Assembly (NCBI GenBank): GCA_964016885.1
Contig: OZ024741.1
Location: 125,426,001-125,490,000, forward strand
DNA: 64,000 bases
DNA from: Eledone cirrhosa
Lineage: Eukaryota
Direction: 5' to 3'
A program made the position numbers and the translations under genes. The notes under the pieces are model-generated. The model saw nothing but the letters and a program-made list of their open reading frames with translations, was not told the origin of the DNA and ran no database searches. Below, piece after piece: positions 1 to 12,905 of the stretch. The number at the start of each line of letters is the position of its first letter. The stretch's first letter is position 1.

Positions 1-21
1 TAGAATAACCACTTCAGTGTG

Positions 22-71
<50 letters not shown>

Positions 72-114
72 AATAACAGGAGGCTGGTCTGGTGTAATTC
101 CTTAAAGGTTTATT

Positions 115-172
115 ATACTATGAACATTTCAATGATCGGGTTCAGTATGAATCCGGTGACATCATCAGGTAT
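115..172 (-). ncRNA. Minimal type I hammerhead ribozyme motif (Penelope pLTR-like fragment next to (TA)n)
   Basis: Minus strand: stem I ATAC/GTAT, core CTGATGA, long stem II hairpin (CGGATTCA-TAC-TGAACCCG), GAAA, short stem III ATG-TT-CAT, cleavage triplet ATA. Confidence 0.7.
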
Positions 173-240
173 TCAAAATTTAACAAAGGAATATAATCCA
201 TGGAGCTGAAAAGGCAGATTGATAAGAAGGCGGCCACCCA

Positions 241-278
<38 letters not shown>

Positions 279-362
279 TCGACTTTCGTCAAATCAGACC
301 GAGGAAACAACATTTCAATTGGTATTTCCAATTGCTAATACTATATATCAGTCACAACTCCA

Positions 363-487
363 GGTAGAAGGAGCAACGTGAAATAAAGTGTCTTGCTCAA
401 GGATATAACGCATCGCCCGGTCCGGGAAACAAACTCACAACCTCATGATTGTGAATCCAATTCTCTAAAACCACTAAGCCACACACC

Positions 488-489
<2 letters not shown>
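363..489 (-). mobile_element. tRNA-derived SINE 5' fragment
   Basis: Reverse complement has A-box TGGCTTAGTGG and the CCTTGAGCAAGACACTTTATTTCAC body shared with the SINEs at 884-1230 and 43372-43720. Confidence 0.7.
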
Positions 490-526
<37 letters not shown>

Positions 527-883
527 GTAAGTATACATTTGTATACGTACATACATATATGTATACTTACATACATATATGTATACAGACGTACAGTAGT
601 ATGTATATATATACATACATGCACACATATATATATGCACGTATCCTTTTACCAAACATTTATTATAATGTTCGGTTTGTTTGTAAACAAACAAACAGCC
701 CAAATTATATGTGTGCATGTATATATATATATGTACATACTACTGTACGTCTGTATACATATATGTATGTACGTATACATACATACATACTTACATTTAA
801 GTAACTGCCGTACTAAGAGTGAGAAATGAAATTTCGTTTCATTCTATTCCATTTATATAGATATATATATAAATATTATATAT

Positions 884-1230
884 GGAGGCACATATGGAGG
901 CACATGGCTTAGTGGTTAGAGCATTGGCCTTGCAATCGAAAGGTTGTGAGTTCAATTCTCAGACCGGGTGATGTGTTGTTTCCTTGAGCAAGACTCTTTA
1001 TTTCACATTGCTCCAGTTTACTCAGCTGTAGAAATGAGATGATAGGGACTGGGGTCCCTATCATTCCACTGTAAAGTGGACGTGTAGGTGCCACGGCAAA
1101 AAAGCACCCAGCACTCACTGTAAATGAGGTTGGTGTTAGGAAGGGCATCCAGCTGTAGAAATCAAGCCAGAATCAGTTCCCGTCCCACCCTTGCAAGCAG
1201 GGAAAAAAAAAGCGGACGTAAAATGAATAT
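884..1230 (+). mobile_element. tRNA-derived SINE with RTE-LINE-derived 3' end
   Basis: A box TGGCTTAGTGG, B box GAGTTCAATTC, CORE-like body. The 3' part (CACTGTAAATGAGGTTGGTGTTAGGAAGGGCATCCAGCTGTAGAAATCAAGCCAG) matches the 3' UTR of the RTE at 12906-15072. A near-identical copy lies at 43372-43720. Confidence 0.85.
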
Positions 1231-1726
1231 AATATATATACGTCTAACCCATGTTAGCATGGAAGATGGACGTTAAATGAAGATGATGAAGATGATGATG
1301 ATGATATATATATATCACCATTATCATCATTTAAAGTCCACTGACCCCGCTAGCAAAGGTTCACCAGGTCTTCATGTACTGAAGCAGGACTACAGACATT
1401 CCAGACAGGTCGCATGTTCCCATCTCGCTTACATATGTTTCCAAGTCCTGAGTGTAGTTATCATGGCACCACTACTAGAGAGATTGTCATGTCTTTGACT
1501 CAACTTGCAACAACCACTATATCACTATCACCAACCACTTTACAGTGTGTACTGTGAGTGTTTATTGAGTAGATCACCAACACTACACTTTGACAAACCT
1601 GCAAAGTCCTCCCAACCCTTTGTTTGGCAAGCTTTCTACAGCTGGATGCCCTCCCTATCACTAACCATTTTACATCATGTGTATGTATATATACATATAT
1701 ATATATATACACAAACATACATACAA

Positions 1727-1788
<62 letters not shown>

Positions 1789-2287
1789 TAGTACCAGTGC
1801 CAAAAATTGAGAAATTGAGGAATTATTGGGAGGGGGGGGGGGGGAGTCAATTAACCAGGAAGTCTTTAAATAAAGATATACTTGTGTCTGTGTGTGTCTG
1901 TGTGTGTGTGTATATATGTATATATATTCACTCTCTGCTACTCCCCCCTATCTCACTTCCTCCTGTCTGAAATCCTTTTCTCGCTCACATCTCACCCAGG
2001 TCAGATGGTCTGTATCTCTCGTCTATGATTTCACCGAACTTAAGTTCATAGATATCATGGACTTGTTTCTCCTCTTCCTCTCTTTCCGTTGCAATACCAT
2101 CTCTGTTTACATGTCTCGCTCGCTTCACCCTATTTTACGTGTCCCAATAACTTTCTTTAGTTATTGCTCGCACCAACCAGAGGTATATGATCTTTAATGC
2201 GAAGAAATACCAATGACGGTTGGGAGATCACTGATGAAGGACTAATTTTATTCATATGTATCCCCATTTGCAACAACACAGCACGCC

Positions 2288-2344
<57 letters not shown>

Positions 2345-2348
<4 letters not shown>

Positions 2349-2451
2349 AAAGGTTCAGGACCCCGACCGCTGAGCTCCGGCCATTTCTATAGCTAGATCT
2401 AGCAGTGGAAACATCCGGAGCTCATCCATCGGGGTCCTGAATCTTTTCATA
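2345..2451. repeat. Imperfect palindrome, half-hammerhead hairpin family (older copy)
   Basis: TATGAAAGGTTCAGGACCCCGA...TCGGGGTCCTGAATCTTTTCATA; same family as 48077-48200 and 49894-50004; abuts (TA)n. Confidence 0.8.
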
Positions 2452-2879
2452 TTACCCAAACGTGTGTTTGTGTGTAGTGTATTTGAATATACACACATGT
2501 ATGTTTGTGCATGTGTGTGTGTCGGGAGGGGGGGGGGGATAGAATTCTTGCCGATATAATTAAAATAAAAAGAGACACAAAACAGACAAACAAACAACAA
2601 CAACAGTTAAAAGCTGCCAATCGGTTAGTAATTATGGATCAGTCTAATTATGGATCTTGAAATAATACAATCTTTGCCAATTTGTCTCACTCAGAAGTTT
2701 CTTCTATACTTCTACTTCTTCAAATCGTTTTTCTTCCCTATGGATTCTTCAAACTAATAAATATCTTGGTAAGCGTAGGAAGGGGTATTTCATTTCTATT
2801 TATATATTTATTTATTCTTTGATTTATTAATTGATTTTCAGCCATTACACCAGCGGCCATTGTTGAGGACACTGTTTAA

Positions 2880-3100
2880 CTCTTTAGCATTTACATTACT
2901 CTATATTTACTATTGTATTTTCAGGGTAAAGGCTTTACCTTACATAATTATCTCACAAAATATCGAATGTATGAGATTTTGATATTATTTATTTTAAGAA
3001 CAATACCTTAACATCAGAATGAGCAACCGGTTATGGCCGGTTTAAACAGAAAGAGGAGAAAGAATTCTGGCCGGATATGGCCAGCTTAAATGCTAAAGGG
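2880..3100. mobile_element. piggyBac-type MITE
   Basis: TTAA on both sides (2876-2879, 3101-3104); TIR C(T/C)CTTTAGCATTTA / TAAATGCTAAAGGG; second copy at 37798-38015. Confidence 0.85.
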
Positions 3101-3382
3101 TTAACATATATAAACATATTGTATATGTGTTCATCAACATCGTTTAATGTCCATTTCCCATGCTTGCCTGGGTTAGATGGGTTGTCATATTATGGAGTCA
3201 GGTGAGAAGACCACAGCTTGCTCAAACAGAATGTTTAGTCTTATAAGAGATATCCTTTCTAGTGCTGCTGGCATGATAAAATACACCCACTAGAAACTGC
3301 TTGATGATAAAAATGGTGTCCAGCCATGCTTCTAAAAAAATGCTCTGCATATGATTTGCAAATCATTTTGAAGAGATTTAAT

Positions 3383-3800
3383 AATTGTCTCTACTTTAGG
3401 CACAAGGCCAGCAATTACCCAGTGCATTACTGGTACTTTATTTTATCGACCCCGTAAGGATGAAAGGCAAAGTCAACCTCGGCGGGTTTGAACTCAGATC
3501 GTAAAGGGACGTAACTATGCTGGAAAGCATGGCGTCCGACCCTCTACTGATACTGCCAATCCACCGAACTCACTTTGTCATTAAGCTGGTGAATGGTGGT
3601 GGATTGGCAGTATCAGTAAAGCATGAGACAACATGCTTTGCAGCATATAATTACATCCATTTACGTTCTAAGTTCAAATCCTGCCAAGGTTAGCTTTGCT
3701 TTTTGTCCTTACGGGGTCAATAAAATAAAGTACCAGTAATCGACTTTCCCCTCACCCAAAATTATTGGCCTTGTACCTAAATCAGAAACCAGTATTGTTG
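3383..3800. mobile_element. Head-to-head pair of an abundant tRNA-derived SINE (Meta-domain-like core)
   Basis: Minus copy ~3383-3566 and plus copy ~3595-3800, with B-box GTTCAAATCC and core TTTGCCTTTCATCCTTACGGGGTCGATAAAATAAAGTACC. Further copies lie near 4555, 35085, 39800, 52665, 54700, 57615, 59425 and 63783. The Meta-domain assignment is from memory of the motif. Confidence 0.75.
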
Positions 3801-5450
3801 TTATATGTTGCTATCAAACATAACTTCATGAAGTTTCTTATATAAAATTATGATAGAAAGTTTTTTTACATAAATACAAACGTAGTAAAATAAACAGCTA
3901 TGTACGATAGAACCAGAGTCAGTTTCAGTCAAAAGGATTAAATCTTCATGTGAGAGAGAGAGAGAGAGGGGGGGGGGGGGGAGAGATAGAGAGAGACCAT
4001 TCTCACTATTATATACCACTAGTATGACTAGTGGAACTGTGAAGGCCTCAACACATTAATACACAAGTGAATTTAGAAGTATTACAGTTTTCAAACTAAG
4101 TATGTAGACCTAATAAAGAAATATGAAAAATCCTCAAACTGTGAAACTGAAGAACTAGCAGAAAAACCACTCTTCGGGTGGTTTTCTGCTGACATGTGTA
4201 GTATGTATATTGATATTATATGCAGGTATATATACATGTAGATATGATACATCAAATAAAATCGTAATTGACAATATATAATACATAGAAATTAAATGAA
4301 GACTGCTACACTGTCTTATGTAATCAGTAACGTAATCCATGATACATTAAAAAAGACAATATTATATATAAACTGCATTAGGAGAAAATTAGTGACGGAA
4401 AATTAGTATGTTTATTTAAGTGATGGCCACCGGAAGTGTTGACATTTCAGAAATTTTAAAGAAGTGAATCTTTAAATACACAAAATATATTTAATGAACA
4501 GCCATGAAATTTAGTAGATAAATTATGTAATATTCATTCATTATTTATTCTTTACAGTCTGAGTTCAAATCCGGCCAAGATTAACTTTGCCTTTCATCCT
4601 TACGGGGTCGATAAAATAAAGTACCATTAATGTACTGAGTAATTTGCTGGCCTTGTGCCTAAAGTAGAAACAATTATTTATTCAAAGTAATCTAACTTAT
4701 TTTACAAACGGGATAAAAAAAAAAAAATCGTACGCAATCCCGCAGACCTTCCTTTATTATAGTTTAGATTTAACGTCCACTTTTCTTGCTAGCAAAGCTT
4801 GGATAGGTCTTCACAGACTAAGTGAGTACTGAAAAGGGGGCTACTGACCTCTCAGACAGGCCAGGCGCCTGCATCTTGCTTACATACAGCCCCACATTCT
4901 ACCAAGTGCATCAGCACAAGAGAGGTTAGCAGTATAACATGTTTGTAAGAAAAGCTGTTCACTAGCCAAACAAATTCTCAGGAAGACTTTTCAGTTGTAC
5001 CAAGGGCATCACAACCTCTCTAGTGTTGGTGACACAATATGATGCACCCAGTACATCCTGTAAAGTGGATGGTGATAGGAAGGACTCTCAAACAAAGAAA
5101 ACTTGCCAAACAATAGGTTGAGAAAATTTTTCAATTGTGTCAAGCATATGACAACCACTTATGTGTTGGTGTCAAAATAAGATGCACTCAGAACACTGTA
5201 AAATAGTTAGTGATAAGAAGGGCATCCAATCATAGAAAACTTGCCAAACAAAGGGTCAAAAAGACGTTTTAATTGTGTTAAAGACATGACAACCTCTCTT
5301 GTGCTGGTGCCATAATAAAATGCAATTTGTAAACTGCAGGAACATATGTAAGCTAGTTACAGTCACCAGCTTGTCTATGAGGTTAATAGCTCCAATAATG
5401 TACTGACTTGTTCTGTGATGAGCCATCCAACCTTTGTTAACAGAAAGAAA

Positions 5451-5497
<47 letters not shown>

Positions 5498-6427
5498 GGT
5501 GGTGGTGGTGGTGGTGGAGTTGGCGGCGATGATGACAATGAGGATGGTGGTGGTGACGATGATGGCGATGATGCTGGTGGTGGTTGAAGTGTATAGATTA
5601 TACTAATATCAATATTTTTACAACAACCGTCAACTATTATTATATTTCAATGTAAAAAATCTCTTGAGCTCAGTCAAGCTTTCAACTTTGTGATTTTCTT
5701 CCCATCAGAACATGGTGTTTGATACATCAAGAATTATTAACAGCATACATCATCACCACCACCACCAAACATATTATTCTTTTCCGTCTTCTATTTCTTT
5801 CCTTTCTATATATTTCTATATATTTTATCCTTTACCTAAGCCCTCACACACTATTCTCTCCCTTCTTTGTCACTAGAGATATTTTTTGTCTTTGTTTGTG
5901 AAATTAACCGAAAGCATAACCTGTCCTGTTTACATCCTTACCTGTTTTGTTATAGCCTATTCTGTACTGGAATGAATAGTATCAACCTTAATGAACCAAA
6001 ATTGTAGTGATTTCCAGAGGTTGACTGAGGAGATGGGACTGTCTGTATTTCCATTGTTTTTTCCATTGACTTTGTCCTGTGCATCCTTCTGTTTTGAAGA
6101 TATATATATATATACACATACACACAGGTGCAACCATGATTGTGAAGTTATGGAGTTGCTTTGCAACAATGTGGTTTTGGATTCAGTCATGCTGCAGTGA
6201 TGCTTGAACAATTGTCTTCAACTATAACGTCATGGCTTCAGAATGAAATTTAATAGACAGAAGCTGCAGAAGCCCGTCATATATATATATATATATATTA
6301 TACATACATATATATATATATATATATTATACATACATATATATATATATATATATTATACATACATATATATATATATATATATTATACATACATATAT
6401 ATATATATATATTATACATATATATAT

Positions 6428-9400
6428 AAGATAAATTCCCGTTCATGTTTATTCACTTTCGCCAAACAATTGCTGCTTCAACTACCCCTACTACGGTGTA
6501 ACCATGTAATCGTAACGTTCACGTTTTTCCTATCTCCTCCACACACCACAATTTCGTACAAACATCCAATCCCGCAAAATCCGAAATCTGTATTTTGTGT
6601 TATTTATTAAGGTTTAAATACGGTGTTTTTGTCGTATTGAACAGAACAAATCTTGCAGTTTTGCTTTTTGTTACTCGCTGGTAAACATTCATAACCTTCC
6701 AGCTAGCTAATTCTATCGTATTCTCCAATTCCTTAAATTCCTTAATTCCATCGTATTCCCAAACAAAAAAACAAAATCCTTCCCATTCTTAATTCTATCG
6801 TATCCTCCAATTCCCTAATTCTATCGTATTCTCAAACAAAAAAACAAAAAACAACAAAATCCTTTCCATTCTACTTCTTATAATTTACTTTAAATATATA
6901 TATCATGCTACCTCGAAAGTCAAAAATCCCGCTCATACACCCTTCACCCACCATTTTCTTCACGAGGGGTTGCGGTCAGCCACTCTCTCTCTCTCTCTCT
7001 CCCCCTTCCCACTCTCTCTCTCTCTCTCTTAGCTACACACACACACACACATATATATATAAGATAAATTCCCGTTCATGTTTATTCACTTTCGCCAAAC
7101 AATTGCTGCTTCAACTACCCCTACTACGGTGTAACCATGTAATCGTAACGTTCACGTTTTTCCTATCTCCTCCACACACCACAATTTCGTACAAACATCC
7201 AATCCCGCAAAATCCGAAATCTGTATTTTGTGTTATTTATTAAGGTTTAAATACGGTGTTTTTGTCGTATTGAACAGAACAAATCTTGCAGTTTTGCTTT
7301 TTGTTACTCGCTGGTAAACATTCATAACCTTCCAGCTAGCTACCCCACATCCCTCCCACCCGCCCCCACACACCACCATTCTTAATACGTGGACCAATCA
7401 TAAGCCAGAGACCCCCCCCACACGCATCACCATTATTACTATAAGCCAGAGACCCCCCCCCCCACACACGCATCACCATTATTATTATTACGCGGACCAA
7501 TCATAAGCCAGAGGCCTATACTATCGCTTGCACGGTTGCCTTCGATATATGATGGATGGATGGATGGACGGACTGCGGAATCCTGGAGAGTAGAAGGGAG
7601 AGAAAAATCTGGACGCTCAGAGCGAAAATGCCAATGCTAAAGTCAAATTCACCTCGTGGACGAGAATGCGAGCACTCTTCTTTGTTTCGCCCGCGGATGG
7701 CTAACATAACCCCATCTCCCCACGCCCCACACCACCCCCACCCTCCAAACGCGATCCAAAACTTCAGAGTTGGTACCATAAATGTAGGCACCCTAAAGGG
7801 GCGCGCTAACGAGGTTGTAGAAATGCTTGAACGTAAGGAGGTCGATGTTTGTTGTATTCAAGAGACCAGGTGGAGGGGTGGGTCTGCTAGATTCATTGAG
7901 GGTAAAAAACGATGTTATAAGCTTTTCTGGGTGGGAAACGACGATGGGCTGGGTGGAGTAGGAATCATGGTAGCAGAAAAGTGGGCGGATAAGATAATAG
8001 ACGTAAATAGAGTGAACGACAGAATAATTAAAATACGACTTGTCCTCAATAGAACTACGGTGACAGTAATATCTGCGTATGCACCCCAATCCGGACTGCC
8101 CGGCACTATAAAAGACAGATTCTATGAGACACTGATGCTCACTACCTCCCAAATATCTGACAGTGACTATATAATTATTGCAGGCGACCTAAATGGTCAC
8201 GTTGGGCAACATTGTGACGGCTACGACGAAATCCATGGAGGCTATGGGTTTGGTACTAGAAATGAGGAAGGCTCCAGAATCCTGGAATTCTGTGATGCAA
8301 ATAACCTAACTATCTGTAACACTAACTTCAAAAAACGTGACAATCACCTGATCACCTATAGATCCGGGGAACACACAAGCCAGGTAGATTATATCCTTAC
8401 CAGAAGACGTGACAGAGTGTCTGTTGTAAACACTAAATCCCTCCCCCATGAAGAATGCACCTCCCAACATAGACTGATAATTAGCGACCTCATAGTCAGG
8501 TCGAGACGTACTCGACAGCAGAAGAGGACTATCCTCAGGAGAAAAATATGGAAGCTAAAGGACCCCACAGCCAAAAATAAATTTCAAAACATATTACTTG
8601 ATGCTTTCGACAGTAAGGAAGAACACTTAGAGTCGGACAATATAGAGGGACAGTGGGAATTTCTGAAAGCAAACCTGCTGTTGGCCACAGACGAAGTCTG
8701 TGGCTGGAGCAGGCCTGTAGGCAGGAGGAGAGTAACATGGTGGTGGAACAGTAAGGTGGAGGAGTCAATTAAGGCCAAAAAGCAGGCTTGGAAAGTATGG
8801 CGGGATGGGGGAAGTAGAGTAGACTATCAAGTGGCCAGGAGGGAAGCTAGGAGAGAAGTGTACTTAGCAAGAAGGGAAGCTGAGGAAAGAAAGTTCAAGC
8901 ATGTCCTACAACGCGATGACCAAAAACGTGAGGTGTTCAGGATTGCTAGGCAATGCGTCAAGGAAAACCGTGATATTGTCGGGGAGAAGTGTGTACTTAA
9001 CGATGATGGCATACTTGCCATCACCGACACTGATAAGAAGGCAGCTTGGAAGTGTCACTATGAAAGGCTACTAAATGAGGAGAATAAATGGGAGAAAGAC
9101 AGTCTCCCCCATGTCGACCCAATAGAGGGACCAGCAGTGTTAGTCGAGGGGAGTATAATAAGTAAGGCAATCAAGGATATGAAGACAGGTAAGGCGGCTG
9201 GGCCTTCGGAAATAGTTGCTGAGATGCTGAAGGCATCTGGCACGGTGGGACACACCATGGTCACCCGCATAGTTAACCAAGTCGTACAGAATGGGGTTGT
9301 TCCGAAGGACTGGCATAGCAGCATCATCGTTAACTGTTATAAGGGTAAAGGAGACGCCCTAGATAGGAGTAACTATAGAGGCATTAAATTAATCGACCAG

Positions 9401-11163
9401 GTCATGAAGGTCACAGAAAAAGTAATAGCGCAACTAATCAGAGAGAGAATTGACCTAGATGAAATGCAGTTCGGGTTTGTGTCAGGCAAAAGTACCACAG
9501 ACGCTCTTTTCATAGTACGACAACTACAGGAGAAGTACCTAGCTAAAGGTAAACCCCTCTACTTAGCTTTTGTCGACTTGGAGAAAGCCTTCGACAGAGT
9601 CCCCCGCTCCATTATCTGGTGGGCTCTTAGAAAACTAGGCGTTGACGAATGGCTTGTGAGGGCTATACAAGCCATGTATAAAGAAACAGTCAGCAAGGTT
9701 AGAATTAACAACGAATATAGTGAAGAGTTTAGCGTAAAAGTTGGCGTCCATCAGGGCTCTGTTCTCAGCCCCCTACTATTTATTATTGCCCTTCAGGCTA
9801 TAACAGAGGAGTTCAAGACAGGCTGCCCATGGGAACTCCTATACGCAGACGACCTGACACTCATAGCGGAATCAATGGCCGAGCTAGAGAAGAAATTCCA
9901 AACATGGAAGCACGGCCTAGAGTCAAAAGGACTTAAAATTAACCTGGCTAAGACCAAAGTTCTAGTTTGTAGGAAAGAAAACAAGGCGGCGGTCCCTTCT
10001 GGGAAATGGTCGTGCTCGGTGTGTAGGAAAGGCGTAGGTAGAAACTCCATTTTGTGTCCTAAATGCAAAGTATGGGTGCATAAAAGATGTAGTGGGATCA
10101 CAGGTAAGCTAACTAAGAACATAGATTTTACATGTGGCCGGTGTTCTGGTGCAATAAGTAGCAGCAAGTGCCCACACAATACTAGCTCTTTCAATTGCGC
10201 AGAGGGTTCTATAGAAATAGTGGACAGCTTCCGTTACCTGGGCGATAAAATCAGCAGTGGGGGAGGGTGCTCTGAAAGTACTGTAGCTAGAGTCAGAACT
10301 GGTTGGAAAAAGTTCAGAGAGCTTATACCACTATTAGCTGCTAAAGGGTTCTCCCTAAAAATGAAAGGCAGGTTGTACGATGCCTGCATACGAACAGCAA
10401 TGTTGCATGGCAGTGAGACCTGGGCATTGTGTGCAGAGGATATACGCAGACTAGAGAGGAACGAAGCTTGCATGCTCCGCTGGATGTGTAACAGTAATAT
10501 ACGTGAACGGCAAAGCATAAACGAACTAAGGAAAAAATTAGAGATAAGAGGGATCAGATGTTGTTTACTCGAGAGAAGGCTACGTTGGTATGGACACGTG
10601 ATGCGCATGAAAGTCGATAGCTGTATAACAAAGTGCAGGGCAATAAAGATAGACGGTAGCCACGGAATAGGCAGACCTAGAAAAACCTGGGACGAGCTGA
10701 TAAACTCCGACCTCACACACTTACACCTCTCCAAGACAATGTCACTGGACCGAGACCTTTGGCGGTACTCAGTAACAGAGAAGACCCGCCTTGCCAGTAG
10801 GCATCTCTAACAAAATACACCCCGTCCCACCACCACCACCCCCACCCCATCCACACCACCCCGTCCTATGTAAAGTTATGTTGGTGCCGCGCCATCCGGG
10901 CCGAAACAAATGAGATCGTGTAGGTGTCACGACAAAAAAACACACAGTCCACGCTGTAATGTGGCCGTGTAGGCAACACGGTAAAAACCTCCCAGACCCA
11001 CACTGTAAATGTGGTTGGTGTTAGGAAGGGCATCCAACTGTAGAAAACCTGCCAGACAGTCCTATGCGAGCAAGACAATCACTCTTGCCTCAAGTGGGAC
11101 TACCCCCGTCCAAACCCATGCAAGCGTGGAACACGGACGTTAAACGTTGATGATGATGATGAT
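6428..11163 (+). mobile_element. Full-length RTE-clade non-LTR retrotransposon (subfamily A) inserted in a TA-derived minisatellite
   Basis: Single intact ORF, 3' UTR ending in a (TGA)n tail at 11148-11163, and the same TTATACATACATATATA-type repeat on both flanks. The 5' boundary is inferred; 6428-6709 is duplicated at 7061-7342. Confidence 0.9.
7556..10810 (+). CDS. RTE ORF: APE endonuclease + reverse transcriptase + PHD-type (C4HC3) finger
   Basis: APE motifs GTINVGTL, CCIQETRW, GDLNGHVG, VDYIL, SQHRL. RT motifs [42 protein letters not shown]-terminus [10 protein letters not shown]...GRPRKTW. No stops over 1084 codons; the true start codon is uncertain. Confidence 0.95.
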   Translation: MDGWTDCGILESRRERKIWTLRAKMPMLKSNSPRGRECEHSSLFRPRMANITPSPHAPHHPHPPNAIQNFRVGTINVGTLKGRANEVVEMLERKEVDVCCIQETRWRGGSARFIEGKKRCYKLFWVGNDDGLGGVGIMVAEKWADKIIDVNRVNDRIIKIRLVLNRTTVTVISAYAPQSGLPGTIKDRFYETLMLTTSQISDSDYIIIAGDLNGHVGQHCDGYDEIHGGYGFGTRNEEGSRILEFCDANNLTICNTNFKKRDNHLITYRSGEHTSQVDYILTRRRDRVSVVNTKSLPHEECTSQHRLIISDLIVRSRRTRQQKRTILRRKIWKLKDPTAKNKFQNILLDAFDSKEEHLESDNIEGQWEFLKANLLLATDEVCGWSRPVGRRRVTWWWNSKVEESIKAKKQAWKVWRDGGSRVDYQVARREARREVYLARREAEERKFKHVLQRDDQKREVFRIARQCVKENRDIVGEKCVLNDDGILAITDTDKKAAWKCHYERLLNEENKWEKDSLPHVDPIEGPAVLVEGSIISKAIKDMKTGKAAGPSEIVAEMLKASGTVGHTMVTRIVNQVVQNGVVPKDWHSSIIVNCYKGKGDALDRSNYRGIKLIDQVMKVTEKVIAQLIRERIDLDEMQFGFVSGKSTTDALFIVRQLQEKYLAKGKPLYLAFVDLEKAFDRVPRSIIWWALRKLGVDEWLVRAIQAMYKETVSKVRINNEYSEEFSVKVGVHQGSVLSPLLFIIALQAITEEFKTGCPWELLYADDLTLIAESMAELEKKFQTWKHGLESKGLKINLAKTKVLVCRKENKAAVPSGKWSCSVCRKGVGRNSILCPKCKVWVHKRCSGITGKLTKNIDFTCGRCSGAISSSKCPHNTSSFNCAEGSIEIVDSFRYLGDKISSGGGCSESTVARVRTGWKKFRELIPLLAAKGFSLKMKGRLYDACIRTAMLHGSETWALCAEDIRRLERNEACMLRWMCNSNIRERQSINELRKKLEIRGIRCCLLERRLRWYGHVMRMKVDSCITKCRAIKIDGSHGIGRPRKTWDELINSDLTHLHLSKTMSLDRDLWRYSVTEKTRLASRHL

Positions 11164-11385
11164 ACATATATATATATATATATTATACATACATATATAT
11201 ATATATATTATACATACATATATATATATATTATACATACATATATATATATATATATTATACATACATATATATATATATATATTATACATACATATAT
11301 ATATATATATATTATACATACATATATATATATATATACATATATATACATACATATATACATATATATACATACATATATATAT

Positions 11386-11416
<31 letters not shown>

Positions 11417-11447
11417 CATATACATACATATATATATACATATACAT

Positions 11448-11490
<43 letters not shown>

Positions 11491-12120
11491 CATATATATA
11501 TATATATTATACATACATATATATATATATTATACATACATATATATATATTATACATACATATATATATATATATTATACATACATATATATATATATT
11601 ATACATACATATATATATATTATACATACATATATATATATATATTATACATACATATATATATATATATATTATACATACATATATATATATATATATT
11701 ATACATACATATATATATATATATATTATACATACATATATATATATATATATTATACATACATATATATATATATATATTATACATACATATATATATA
11801 TATATATTATACATACATATATATATATATATATTATACATACATATATATATATATATATTATACATACATATATATATATATATTATACATACATATA
11901 TATATATATATTATACATACATATATATATATATATTATACATACATATATATATATATATTATACATACATATATATATATATATTATACATACATATA
12001 TATATATATATTATACATACATATATATATATATATTATACATACATATATATATATATATTATACATACATATATATATATATATTATACATACATATA
12101 TATATATATATTATACATAC

Positions 12121-12183
<63 letters not shown>

Positions 12184-12259
12184 CATATATATATATATTA
12201 TACATACATATATATATATATATATTATACATACATATATATATATATATTATACATAC

Positions 12260-12307
<48 letters not shown>

Positions 12308-12341
12308 TATACATACATATATATATATATATTATACATAC

Positions 12342-12404
<63 letters not shown>

Positions 12405-12425
12405 CATATATATATATACATATAC

Positions 12426-12489
<64 letters not shown>

Positions 12490-12519
12490 CATACATATAT
12501 ATATATATATTATACATAC

Positions 12520-12597
<78 letters not shown>

Positions 12598-12791
12598 TAT
12601 ACATACATATATATATATATATTATACATATATATATATATATTATACATACATATATATATATATATTATACATATATATATATATATTATACATACAT
12701 ATATATATATATATACATATATATATACATATACATATATATATTATACATACATATATATATATATATTATACATATATATATATATATT

Positions 12792-12840
<49 letters not shown>

Positions 12841-12905
12841 TATATACATATACATATATATATTATACATACATATATATATTATACATACATATATATA
12901 TTATA
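11164..12905. repeat. TA-derived minisatellite array (~23-27 bp unit TTATACATAC(AT)n)
   Basis: Directly visible tandem units; the same unit occurs at 6280-6427. Confidence 0.95.

Noticed and set aside
900-970. tRNA-like A/B boxes, also near 43380, 3600 and 44500
   Set aside because: These are SINE heads continuing into SINE bodies; no complete cloverleaf.
2228-2260. CTGATGAAGG near a TA tract as a hammerhead
   Set aside because: No downstream GAAA, stem III or stem I partner.
5940-6211. Minus-strand ORF near a CAG|GTAAGG donor as a possible SLC12 exon
   Set aside because: Stops occur before the donor in all frames checked and there is no real SLC12 similarity.
7640-7712. Possible HDV-like ribozyme at the RTE 5' end (TTC-ACCTCGT-GGA...GGCTAA)
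   Set aside because: No P1 or P2 pairing partners found.
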